NCBI GenBank assembly: GCA_005887995.1
Contig: VBJD01000026.1
Location: 438-64,437, forward strand
DNA length: 64,000 nt
From: Chloroflexota bacterium
GTDB taxonomy: Bacteria; Chloroflexota; Limnocylindria; P2-11E
Direction: 5' to 3'
Below the pieces are notes generated by a model, which saw nothing but the letters and a program-made list of their open reading frames with translations, made no database searches and was not told where the DNA came from. Within the stretch, counting starts at the first letter, position 1; every line of letters starts with the position of its first letter. The translations under genes and the position numbers were made by a program. Positions 55,901-64,000 of the stretch are shown one piece after another.

Positions 55901-57313
55901 TCAATCCTCCCAGAACGGCGGCACGTGGCCGCGGCGCGCGAGCTCGCCGCGCAGCGCGAGCATCGCCGTGTACGTCGCCAGCACGACGAGCTCGCCGTCG
56001 CGCGCGACGCTGCCGACCGCGCGATCGATCGCGCTTCCCCACTCATCGACGACCTCGATGGCGTCGAGCGGGACGCCCGCGTACTTGAAACGGTTCGCGA
56101 GGTCTCGTGAGCGAATCCCGGTGACGACGACGTGTTCGATCGACGGTGCGAGCGTCTCGAAGTCGGCGTCCCAGATCCACGACACATCACGGCCATCGGC
56201 GTCGCGGTCGTTCAGCGCCGCGAGCAGCTTGGGATGCCGGCCGGTCTCGAGGAGCGCGCCGACCGCGGCATTGAAACCCGCCGGGTTCTTCACGAGGACG
56301 AGGCGCACGAGCCGTCCGTCAACGGGCAGCTGCTCGAGTCGACCGAACGCCGGACGGAACGCGGCGATCGCGCGCGCCGCGGTCACGAGGCTCACATCGA
56401 GCGCGCGCGCGGCCGCGAGCGCGGCGAGCGCGTTGTAGGCGTTATAGAGGCCGGGGACTGGGACGCGGATGGGATCGAATGCGGAGGACACCGCGACGCG
56501 GAGTTCGATCTCGCTCGCCGATGGCTCAAGACGGATCGTCTTCGCGCTCACGTCGCGCGGCGGACGCGCGAGGCCGCACTGACCGCAGGACCAATCGCCC
56601 TCATGCGCGAGGACGACACGCTCGTAGCGCAGCGGCGCCTTGCAGCGGGGGCAGCGCGTCGCGTCGCTGATCGCCTGCGGGATCTTCCCACCGACGGACG
56701 GATCGTCGACGCCGAAGTACGTGACGGGACCCCGATGTCGCGTGCCGATGAACGCGACGATCGGATCGTCCGCGTTGAGCACGAGTGCGGTCGAAGGGTC
56801 GAGCTCCGCGATGGCATCGCCGATGCGCTTCGCGAGCTGGTCGATCTCGAAATACCGATCGAGCTGATCGCGGAAGAGATTCGTGATCACGACGATGCGC
56901 GGCTTGATCCGACCGAGCACTCGGGGGAGTGATGCCTCGTCGACCTCGAACAGGCCGAGGTTGCCGCTCAGCGCGCCACGCCACGATGAATCGGCGAGAA
57001 GGGCGCCCGCGATGCCGCGTTCGAGGTTCGAGCCGGAGCGGTTGTGGATCGGGTACCAGCCGCTGCCTTTCGCGATATCCGAGAGCATCCGCGCGGTCGT
57101 CGTCTTCCCGTTCGTCCCTGACACGAGCACGACGCCGTGCGGCAGCGCGCGAGTGAGCGCGGCGATGTAGTCGGGGTCGAGCTGCAGCGTGACGAGCCCG
57201 GGGAGTGCGGTGCCGCCGCGTCCGGCGATCTGGAGGCCCATGAGTGTGACCTTCCCCGCGGCGTTCGCGACGAGCGCGAGGGCGTCAGGCACGACGCGAA
57301 GCGTATCCGTCAC
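55901..57313 (-). CDS. murT: Lipid II isoglutaminyl synthase, Mur-ligase-like subunit MurT
   Basis: P-loop VSGTNGKTTT. Cys4 ribbon CPRCKAPLRY...WSCGQCG. C-terminal DUF1727-like region. Confidence 0.9.
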   Translation of the reverse strand: MTDTLRVVPDALALVANAAGKVTLMGLQIAGRGGTALPGLVTLQLDPDYIAALTRALPHGVVLVSGTNGKTTTARMLSDIAKGSGWYPIHNRSGSNLERGIAGALLADSSWRGALSGNLGLFEVDEASLPRVLGRIKPRIVVITNLFRDQLDRYFEIDQLAKRIGDAIAELDPSTALVLNADDPIVAFIGTRHRGPVTYFGVDDPSVGGKIPQAISDATRCPRCKAPLRYERVVLAHEGDWSCGQCGLARPPRDVSAKTIRLEPSASEIELRVAVSSAFDPIRVPVPGLYNAYNALAALAAARALDVSLVTAARAIAAFRPAFGRLEQLPVDGRLVRLVLVKNPAGFNAAVGALLETGRHPKLLAALNDRDADGRDVSWIWDADFETLAPSIEHVVVTGIRSRDLANRFKYAGVPLDAIEVVDEWGSAIDRAVGSVARDGELVVLATYTAMLALRGELARRGHVPPFWED

Positions 57314-57319
57314 GCGCGA

Positions 57320-57907
57320 TCAGATCGCGGCCGACGAGACCTCGCGCAGCAACATCTCGAGCTCGTCGACGGCGCGACCGAGACGGAGCACGAGCGCTTT
57401 CGCACCCTCGCCACTCGAACCGGCGCTCGCGAGCGCGCCTTGCTCCTCGAGCCGCGCGAGCTCGGCGGTCGCGCGTCGCAGACGCGCGAGCGAGAGCGTC
57501 GCCGGAAGGCTCCGGCGCAGCTGTGCGACACGCTCCTCGAGCTTCTCGAGTCGGCGGCGCAGTTCGTCCTCGAGCTCCTCAGCGGAGAGATCGTCGAGAC
57601 GCTTCACTTCGCTCTGCAGCGTCGCGATGTCGCGCTGCACGAGCTGCGCGGCCTTCTCGAGCGAGTACCCCTTCGCGAGCGCCTGGCGAATGCGGATGAC
57701 CTTCTCCATCGCATAGACGTCGTAGTCGTGATCGCCCTCTGCGGACGCTTTCACGAGGCCCTTCTTCGTCCAGTAGATGAGTTGCCGCGGCGTGACGTTG
57801 CAGACGCGGGCGGCCTCGGCGGCAGAGAGGCGCAGGCGCGTGAGGACCTCGCCGTCGTTGGCGATGAGGATCCGGCTCAGGACCTCCCGTGTCTCTGTTT
57901 CGCCCAT
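57320..57907 (-). CDS. MerR-family transcriptional regulator with long coiled-coil
   Basis: HTH LSAAEAARVCNVTPRQLIYWTKKGLV. ATG 57907 (GAAGGGGAG RBS) is preferred over ATG 57940, which has no SD. Confidence 0.8.
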   Translation of the reverse strand: MGETETREVLSRILIANDGEVLTRLRLSAAEAARVCNVTPRQLIYWTKKGLVKASAEGDHDYDVYAMEKVIRIRQALAKGYSLEKAAQLVQRDIATLQSEVKRLDDLSAEELEDELRRRLEKLEERVAQLRRSLPATLSLARLRRATAELARLEEQGALASAGSSGEGAKALVLRLGRAVDELEMLLREVSSAAI

Positions 57908-58009
57908 GTGCTCCCCTTCGCTTGATAACGCCATGGGCATGTTCGGCGGCGCGGCTGTGGAATGTCAATAACAGAGACAGATGCATTGTTCCGACCCCAA
58001 AAGGGGCGC

Positions 58010-58258
58010 TCAGCGGGGGGCTTGGAGACGCTGGCGGTAGGCGACCTTCACGGTGACCCGGTAGCGCGAGAGCCTGCGGCCGTCCCAGTCGGCCCACATG
58101 CGCGCGACCTCGACGCCGACCGGCGCGTTGACGTCGGCGGCCTTGACCGCCGCGGCGACCGCCGAGTCCCAACTGCGTGGCGATTCGCCGGTCGCTTCGG
58201 TGATGCGGACGACCGAGGCGGGCGAGGGACGCGACGACTTCTTACGACGAACGGGCAT
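58010..58258 (-). CDS. Dodecin-family flavin-binding protein
   Basis: Inside track ORF 58010..58492, trimmed to ATG 58258. VVRITEATGESPRSWDSAVAAAVKAA...RYRVTVKVAY matches the dodecin pattern. Confidence 0.75.
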   Translation of the reverse strand: MPVRRKKSSRPSPASVVRITEATGESPRSWDSAVAAAVKAADVNAPVGVEVARMWADWDGRRLSRYRVTVKVAYRQRLQAPR

Positions 58259-58499
58259 CGGTGTTCGCGGGGCGGCTCGGTTTCGGTGTCGTCGACGGAC
58301 GCTCGGTGTGGCCATTCGTTCGCGCCTGTTCCGGCTGCACCGGTGGCAGCGCGGCGAGCTCGAGCAGCTGGTTGATCGCGTTCGTGATGCGCTCGTTGAG
58401 CATGCGGCGCGTCTCGGCGCCGGGGCGCGGCGCGAACAGCACGCCCATAGCCACACCGACGACGAACGCTCGGATCGATGCACGGATGACACCGAACAT
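58242..58499 (-). CDS. YtxH-domain protein (second copy)
   Basis: FVVGVAMGVLFAPRPGAETRRMLNERI is the YtxH signature. Starts 9 nt after the stop of the sigma-54 activator. Confidence 0.7.
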   Translation of the reverse strand: MFGVIRASIRAFVVGVAMGVLFAPRPGAETRRMLNERITNAINQLLELAALPPVQPEQARTNGHTERPSTTPKPSRPANTDARSS

Positions 58500-58508
58500 G
58501 CTGTCCTC

Positions 58509-59906
58509 CTACCGGCCCTTGGGCGGATAGCCCTCGAGCGCGTACTCCTTGATCTTCGCGTAGAGCAGACGACGGTAGATGCCGAGCATCTCCGCAGCCT
58601 TCGAACGATTCCCGCCGGCGTCGCGGAGTGCCTTCATGATGAGGTCCTTCTCAAACTGCGCGACCGACTTCTTGAAGAACGACTTCTCGGCCGAGATCTC
58701 GTCGCCACCCTCGCCCTCGCCATCGTGCTCAGCATCGTGCTCGCCGAACGGGAGCTCGCGGCTCGTGATGACCTGGCCGCGCGAGAGGACGACAGCACGC
58801 TCGATGACGTTCTCGAGCTCGCGCACGTTGCCGGGCCAGTTGTATTCGTTAAGGCGCCTGAGCGCCTCCTCGCTGATCGTCGCGGGCTGCGCGCTCGCGC
58901 TGTACCGGTGCTTGGCGAGGAAGTGCTCGACGAGCGCAGGGACGTCCTCCTTGCGCTCGCGCAGCGGCGGCATGTGGATGTTGATGACGTTCAGCCGGTA
59001 GAAGAGGTCGTCGCGGAACCTGTTCGCCTCGACCTGTTTCCCGAGATCCTTGTTCGTGGCGACGATGACGCGGATGTCGACCTTGATCGGGATCGATGAG
59101 CCGACGCGCTCGATCTTTCGCTCCTGAAGAACGCGCAACAGCTTCGTCTGCGTCGCGAGGCTCATCTCGCCGATCTCATCGAGGAAGATGGTTCCTTTGT
59201 CAGCGAGCTCGAACCGTCCCTTGCGCGTGGCCATCGCGCCGGTGAACGAGCCCTTCTCGTGACCGAAGAGCTCGGCCTCAAGCAACGTCTCCGGCAATGC
59301 GGCGCATGAGACCTTCACGAGTGGACCGCTGCGACGCGTCGAGTTGTAGTGGAGCGCTTCGGCGACGAGCTCCTTGCCGGTACCGCTCTCGCCGGTGATG
59401 AGAACGGTGGCATCGGCCTTCGCGACCTTGCCGATGGTCTTGTAGACCTCCTGCATCGCGGCGGAGTTGCCGACGATACGCTCGGTCTGCACGAGCGAGG
59501 AGATCTCGTCACGCAGCACCTCGACCTCCTGCGTGAGGTCCTGGTACTGGAAGGCGCGTTTGACGGTGTACGAGATCTTGTCGAGCTCGAACGGCTTGGT
59601 GATGTACTCGAACGCGCCGAGCTCCATCGCCTTGATCGCGGCGTTGGAGGTGCCGAAGGCGGTCATGATGAGCACCGCGGTCCGGGGCGAAGCGGTCTTC
59701 ACCTTCTGGAGCGCCTCGATGCCGTCGAGCTCCGGCATCCGCAGGTCCATGATTACGAGGTCAGGCCCCGAGTCCTTGACTTGTTCGACGACCTCGCTGC
59801 CTGTCGCCGCCTCGAGCACGGCGTAGCCTTGGTCGGTCAGGAGCTGCTTCAAAAGGGAACGGATCGAGGCGTCGTCATCGGCCACCAAAATCGTCCGCTG
59901 GGCCAT
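58509..59906 (-). CDS. Sigma-54-dependent response regulator (NtrC family: REC, AAA+, Fis-type HTH)
   Basis: REC ([12 protein letters not shown]...[13 protein letters not shown]). Walker [15 protein letters not shown] variant [15 protein letters not shown]-terminal [23 protein letters not shown]. Confidence 0.95.
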   Translation of the reverse strand: MAQRTILVADDDASIRSLLKQLLTDQGYAVLEAATGSEVVEQVKDSGPDLVIMDLRMPELDGIEALQKVKTASPRTAVLIMTAFGTSNAAIKAMELGAFEYITKPFELDKISYTVKRAFQYQDLTQEVEVLRDEISSLVQTERIVGNSAAMQEVYKTIGKVAKADATVLITGESGTGKELVAEALHYNSTRRSGPLVKVSCAALPETLLEAELFGHEKGSFTGAMATRKGRFELADKGTIFLDEIGEMSLATQTKLLRVLQERKIERVGSSIPIKVDIRVIVATNKDLGKQVEANRFRDDLFYRLNVINIHMPPLRERKEDVPALVEHFLAKHRYSASAQPATISEEALRRLNEYNWPGNVRELENVIERAVVLSRGQVITSRELPFGEHDAEHDGEGEGGDEISAEKSFFKKSVAQFEKDLIMKALRDAGGNRSKAAEMLGIYRRLLYAKIKEYALEGYPPKGR

Positions 59907-60048
59907 CTTCTGTACGGTTCCTTCTCAAACGGGCCACTTTAGCCGCTCTGCAACGGCTCTTCCCGCCGACCATGGCTAGTTTGTGTCCCGCGAAGCGTAC
60001 ATGTCAAATCGCCCGCAGACTCGCCTGTCGACCGGAATCGCGGACGGA

Positions 60049-61749
60049 TTAGGGGACGTCGCGGACGGCGGGGATGAACGCGGCGACGATGGCGGCACTG
60101 AACGTCACGAGGCCGGCGATGGCGAGGAAGACATGGACTCCGATGGCGTCGGCGATGAAGCCACCGAGAAAGATGATCGGCAGCCAACTCAAGTTCGTCA
60201 GTGCGATTCGCGCCCCGAACACGCGTGCCGTGAGCTCCTGCGGCGTGCCCTCTTGGAGGATCGTCACCGTCGGCACGTAGAACAGGACGTTGGTAAAGCC
60301 GAGGATCCCAAAGAAAACGGCTGCGACCGGATACGTCGCGGTCTGCGAGATCGCGACGATCACAAGTCCCGTCGCCGCGAACCCCAAAATCAGCGATCGA
60401 CCTTTGGGCACTCGCTCCAGATAGCGGGGCAGGATCGCGCTGCCGACGACCGCGCCGAGTGCGATCGCGGCTTCCGACCCCGCGTAGAGGACGGCGCCGG
60501 CGACGGCGTCGTTGCCGGCGAAACGGCGGATCAGGAACGCCGGCGTCAGCGTGTTGATGACCGGGTTCGCGAACTGCGCAACGAGCGAGAAAACGGTGTT
60601 CGACCATAAGCGCGCGGACCTACGCAAGAACAGAAATCCCTCGCGCGCGTCGTTCCACACCTTCGACCAAGTCACGGACTTCATCGGTTCGCGCAGGACT
60701 ACGCGCGCGAGCAGGACGGCGCTCAAGGCGAACGTCAGCGCGTCGACGTAGAAGGCGCCATCACCGATTGACGCGACCAGGGCGCCACCCGCGAGCGCGC
60801 CGCCGATCTCGACCGCACGGTCAGACGCGAAGACGAGTGAGTTTCCTTGTGCGAGATGGTCGCGTCGCAAGAGTGCAGGGATGACCGCGCCGCGAGCGGG
60901 CGCGAAGATCGCCGCACCGATCCCGGCAACGAAGGCGAGCGCGAAGATCAGAGCGAGCGGCGCATTGAAGATGAGCAGGATCGGAATCGTGCCGACGATG
61001 ACCGCGCGCACGAGGTCACACCAGAACATTGCGCGGCGTGGACCCACCGCATCAGCAATGGCACCGCCGAAGAATCCGAAGAGCGCATTGGGAATGCTCG
61101 CGACGCCAACCGCGAGAGCTGTCAGCAGCGCCGATTGTGTTGCACGGTACGTTACGAAGGTGAGCGCGATGAGCGTGATCGGGTCACCGAAGCGGCTGAT
61201 GACCTGGGCGAGCCAGAAGAACGCGAAGTTCGCCGATCGCACGCTGTGTGTTCGTGGGTCCGCTTCTTCCTGCAGCCACACGAACGGGATGAGGAAGCCG
61301 CCGAACGCGATCAACAGATCCCCAACGCTGTAGACGGCGCGGCCTAGACCAAAGGGAATGATGTCCGAGAGAAACGGCAGCCTCGTGTCTTCATTGAGGA
61401 GGACGTGCAATGCGTCAGTCGGTGGAGGCGCACCGACCGCTGTCGCGGTACTTGGGTCATACGGCATGCCGGCGTTCGCGAGAACGACCAGCACATTCGC
61501 GAACGTGCCGATCGCGATCAGTGCCGCGCCGGCGACACGCCAGTTCACCGCGGAGACGATCCCAATACCAATGAGGCCCGCGAGGTAGACGGCTAGGTCG
61601 GCGCTCGGAACGAAGAACGTCCACAGCCGCAGGGCCGAGGCGATGACCAGAAGCGGCCACCAACGGAGGCTGAACGTTGCGAGTCGTCGCCAGTCGCCGC
61701 CGAATGCGATTCCGGCGGCAATTCCGATAGCTACACCACTAGCCAGCAT
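60049..61749 (-). CDS. Fusion protein: DUF5317-like membrane domain (about 160 aa) plus MFS transporter (MFS_3-like)
   Basis: The N-terminal part (4-5 TM, ANAGMPYDP) resembles DUF5317 (N.G.MPV motif as I remember it). From FFWLAQVISRFGDPITLIALTF onward it is a 12-TM MFS. 11-nt overlap with the HD-GYP gene. Confidence 0.7.
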   Translation of the reverse strand: MLASGVAIGIAAGIAFGGDWRRLATFSLRWWPLLVIASALRLWTFFVPSADLAVYLAGLIGIGIVSAVNWRVAGAALIAIGTFANVLVVLANAGMPYDPSTATAVGAPPPTDALHVLLNEDTRLPFLSDIIPFGLGRAVYSVGDLLIAFGGFLIPFVWLQEEADPRTHSVRSANFAFFWLAQVISRFGDPITLIALTFVTYRATQSALLTALAVGVASIPNALFGFFGGAIADAVGPRRAMFWCDLVRAVIVGTIPILLIFNAPLALIFALAFVAGIGAAIFAPARGAVIPALLRRDHLAQGNSLVFASDRAVEIGGALAGGALVASIGDGAFYVDALTFALSAVLLARVVLREPMKSVTWSKVWNDAREGFLFLRRSARLWSNTVFSLVAQFANPVINTLTPAFLIRRFAGNDAVAGAVLYAGSEAAIALGAVVGSAILPRYLERVPKGRSLILGFAATGLVIVAISQTATYPVAAVFFGILGFTNVLFYVPTVTILQEGTPQELTARVFGARIALTNLSWLPIIFLGGFIADAIGVHVFLAIAGLVTFSAAIVAAFIPAVRDVP

Positions 61750-63100
61750 GGGCGTCGCGAACTAGAGGTTCGCGCGCGAGGCGCCGACGCAACTCGGCGA
61801 GTGTTTCGTAGTTGATCGGTGGAAGGTCGCTCACTTCGAACGCTGCCGAACCGCGCTTGCGGACGATGTCATGGAGGGCGCGCACGACACGCGGATCGAA
61901 TTGGGCGCCCTTGTACTTAGTCAACTGCTCCATAGCTCTGTCATGACCGATCGCCTTGCGGTAGATACGGTCGGAGGTCATCGCTTCGTATGCGTCGGCG
62001 ACGATCATGATTCGTGAGCCGATCGGAATCTCTTCGCCCTTTAGTCCCTCGGGATAGCCGCTGCCGTCGAAATTTTCGTGGTGATGCAGAACGATCGGAA
62101 CAAGTGGCCGCAAAGCTGCGGACGGCTCGAGAATCGATGCACCATAGATCGGGTGGCGACGCATGAGTTCGGTTTCGTCCGGATCGAGTCGACTCGGCTT
62201 CATCAGCACGCGGTCTTCGACGCCGATCTTGCCGATGTCGTGCAACAGACCCGCCAGCTCGATCTCGTCGATCTGCTTTTCGGATAGCCCGAGCTCACGG
62301 GCAATCGCGCCCGCAATCCGCGATACGCGATCCGCGTGGCCGCGCGTGAATCCGTCCTTTGCATCGATTGCTTGCGACAGCGCCTGGATCGTTCCGAGGA
62401 AAAGCTCGCGCGTCTCGGCGTACTTGCTAAACGAGAATCGCGCGAGGTAGAGCGGCACGAGGAATAAGAACGCGCCCCACAGCCCTACCTTCTGCGCAAT
62501 CTCGGACATGAGCCATCCGAGCGGAACAAGCGCAACGACACCGACAACAACATTGCCGACGCCGAGAGCCCAGATTCGACCGGAGGGCGTCTGGGTCCTG
62601 AGACTCGCGAGGCTCACACCCAGAACTAAGTTGACGCCGCTAAAAGCTAAACCAGCTAAAGCGATTTGCGCGATGGTCCCGAGTGGATCTCCCGGGCGAA
62701 CCGCACCGTCCGACAGTTGGACGGCTGCGTACGCCGCGACCGAGGAAAGAACGAAGTCCGAACGGTTGTAGAGCGTTCCCCAAAGCGGCAACTGCCGACG
62801 CAGGTCGCGCACTTCGATCGTCCCCAGCAGTGCGATCCAGCACAGAGCAAATGGATTCGGAAGACCGGCGTCAAAGACCGCAGCAATCAACGGCGCTGTA
62901 GTCGTGAAGGCAAGCATCCCGCCAGGAAGACGTACAGGAATTGCGCCTAGCGCTAGGGTCATCGCGACCCAAAAGAAGATTCGACCTAAGTCAATGCCGT
63001 GTGGCAGCGGAACCGAAACTGAGACAAGGACGAGGCCGGCTGCTGTGATCACGCCGCCGACAAGCAGACGCAGCTTCACACCGTTGGCCGATTGGGACAC
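61739..63100 (-). CDS. Membrane-anchored HD-GYP domain protein (putative c-di-GMP phosphodiesterase)
   Basis: Polytopic N-domain. Then GHADRVS, LLHDIGKIGV, HHHENFDGSGYPEGL, ADAYEAMTSDRIYR. GTG start at 63100. Confidence 0.9.
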   Translation of the reverse strand: MSQSANGVKLRLLVGGVITAAGLVLVSVSVPLPHGIDLGRIFFWVAMTLALGAIPVRLPGGMLAFTTTAPLIAAVFDAGLPNPFALCWIALLGTIEVRDLRRQLPLWGTLYNRSDFVLSSVAAYAAVQLSDGAVRPGDPLGTIAQIALAGLAFSGVNLVLGVSLASLRTQTPSGRIWALGVGNVVVGVVALVPLGWLMSEIAQKVGLWGAFLFLVPLYLARFSFSKYAETRELFLGTIQALSQAIDAKDGFTRGHADRVSRIAGAIARELGLSEKQIDEIELAGLLHDIGKIGVEDRVLMKPSRLDPDETELMRRHPIYGASILEPSAALRPLVPIVLHHHENFDGSGYPEGLKGEEIPIGSRIMIVADAYEAMTSDRIYRKAIGHDRAMEQLTKYKGAQFDPRVVRALHDIVRKRGSAAFEVSDLPPINYETLAELRRRLAREPLVRDAHAG

Positions 63101-63146
63101 GGGCGGAAGGATAGCGGGGCAAATTTGCCTGGCCGGTATCCAGCCA

Positions 63147-63174
63147 GAAACGAAAAGAGAGCCATAGGGCTCCC
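63147..63174 (-). terminator. Intrinsic terminator (7-bp stem with one G-U, CTAT loop, TTTTCGTTTC tail) after the 25-codon ORF
   Basis: The minus strand reads GGGAGCC-ctat-GGCTCTC-TTTTCGTTTC. Lies between the micro-ORF stop (63219) and the HD-GYP start (63100). Confidence 0.5.
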
Positions 63175-63218
63175 TTCTCGCGCGCTTTCATGCGCCTCTA
63201 GAGGACGCTAACTACCCG

Positions 63219-63296
63219 TTAGATGCCGACAACTCCAGCGCCGCCGCCCAGGACGAGAGCCGCGAGGGCTGCAACAGCCGCGATCACCCGACGCAT
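63219..63296 (-). CDS. 25-aa hydrophobic micro-protein MRRVIAAVAALAALVLGGGAGVVGI
   Basis: Inner ATG 63296 of track ORF 63219..63401, preceded by AAGGGAGGT with a 7-nt spacer. Single TM-like helix. Has its own terminator downstream. Confidence 0.4.
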   Translation of the reverse strand: MRRVIAAVAALAALVLGGGAGVVGI

Positions 63297-63466
63297 AATT
63301 CGACCTCCCTTCGCTGGCCCATCCAGGCGGTGCATCGGCCCACTGCTCGGCTGGCTTAAGGGGGACCGGCCTGGCGATACCTCGTCGATAGGTATTTCCA
63401 ACCGTAATGGGGCCAGTCCGGAGCTGCGTCGTAGAGTCGGTGGCTCTAGCGCAGGGGAGGGCGGGC

Positions 63467-64000
63467 GTGCCTCAGGTGCTTCCTGAACTGCCGGACGTCT
63501 GGGCCGCGGTTGGTACGAATGAGCTGCCCATCGGTCTGACGTCGGCCTTTGAACGCGAAGACTGGACCGGCGTTCGTCAGGAATTGAGGTCGGTGATGGA
63601 CGGCGCCATTACCGACGGTGTGTATGGCCGCGAGCTTCTACAACTCGTGCTTGCCCTGCCTCGCGGTGTCGACCCAGTCTTCGACAAGTACAGGAGTTCA
63701 GCGATGCTCGACCACGGCGACTGGGACGGCATTCGGGCACTCGCAGACGGAGCGGCGGAGCCAGAAGAGGTGCGCGGCGTCCGCGACATCTTGATGGCAC
63801 CACTTGATCGGGTGACGTTGCCAGACGCGTCAGGTCTCTATCCGCGGACGCTTTGGGAAATAATCGAGTACCAAGCGCGACGTCATCCGGCTGCGATTAG
63901 GCATTGGACGCAGCGCATCACCGGAGTTGTCCCGCAGAGTCTTTGGCAGCGAGACGATGTCGCAATTGGTCGTCACGTTCGCTACCGACAGCTCCACGAT
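63467..64000 (+). CDS. Hypothetical protein, 3'-truncated by window edge
   Basis: GTG 63467 lies 6 nt after GGGGAGGG. The frame is open for all 178 codons to the window end (VPQVLPELPDVWAAVGTNELPIGL...). Not in the track. No homology recognised. Confidence 0.5.
   Translation, partial: MPQVLPELPDVWAAVGTNELPIGLTSAFEREDWTGVRQELRSVMDGAITDGVYGRELLQLVLALPRGVDPVFDKYRSSAMLDHGDWDGIRALADGAAEPEEVRGVRDILMAPLDRVTLPDASGLYPRTLWEIIEYQARRHPAAIRHWTQRITGVVPQSLWQRDDVAIGRHVRYRQLHD

Noticed and set aside
57941-58009. TTGACA box upstream of the merR-like gene as a MerR-type promoter
   Set aside because: No convincing -10 element at 17-19 nt, and no dyad between the putative boxes. Not supportable.

Overview
High-GC bacterial chromosomal segment (upper-60s % GC by eye, not computed), almost fully coding, about 80 genes. 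I recognised no rRNA, tRNA, CRISPR array, transposase or integrase.

Left end (1-10.6 kb): a signalling cluster of two paralogous HAMP histidine kinases, one REC-domain regulator and six periplasmic substrate-binding proteins. It contains no permease or ATPase.

Middle (10.6-35.5 kb):
- Two endonuclease III paralogs bracket a collagen-repeat secreted protein, a SigH/RsrA-type ECF sigma / ZAS anti-sigma pair, and a free-standing 13-codon poly-Lys micro-gene with a 13-nt Shine-Dalgarno.
- A complete Liv-type ABC operon.
- A Dpp/Opp-type ABC operon without ATPase genes that ends in an M15 (VanX/VanY-like) peptidase.
- cca.
- prfB with its programmed +1 frameshift (split in the ORF track), preceded by a translationally coupled 67-aa Cys-rich ORF.
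- Two divergent lgt paralogs bracketing an AbrB-type antitoxin / Doc toxin module.
- secA and prs.

Right half:
- A Flp/Tad pilus locus (flp, prepilin peptidase, REC-CpaE, CpaF, TadB, TadC) that runs co-directionally into DUF192, comF, a GT-C-like membrane protein and an unknown 368-aa protein.
- A second, atypical Tad-like cluster (secreted alpha/beta-hydrolase, TadE, TadG, mini-CpaB, CpaE-like, CpaF-like, fused TadBC) with no pilin or peptidase gene.
- murT and gatD split by a TfoX_N gene.
- MerR, dodecin, YtxH and a sigma-54 enhancer-binding protein.
- A lower-GC tail with a DUF5317-MFS fusion, an HD-GYP protein and a 25-codon hydrophobic micro-gene.

The taxon cannot be fixed from this window. 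Actinobacterial-type RsrA and MurT/GatD coexist with a sigma-54 activator. Many long antisense or out-of-frame ORFs in the track are high-GC shadow ORFs. Three genes (doc, DUF192, a small membrane protein) have N-terminal coding signal without a usable in-frame start. This could be biology or assembly indels.
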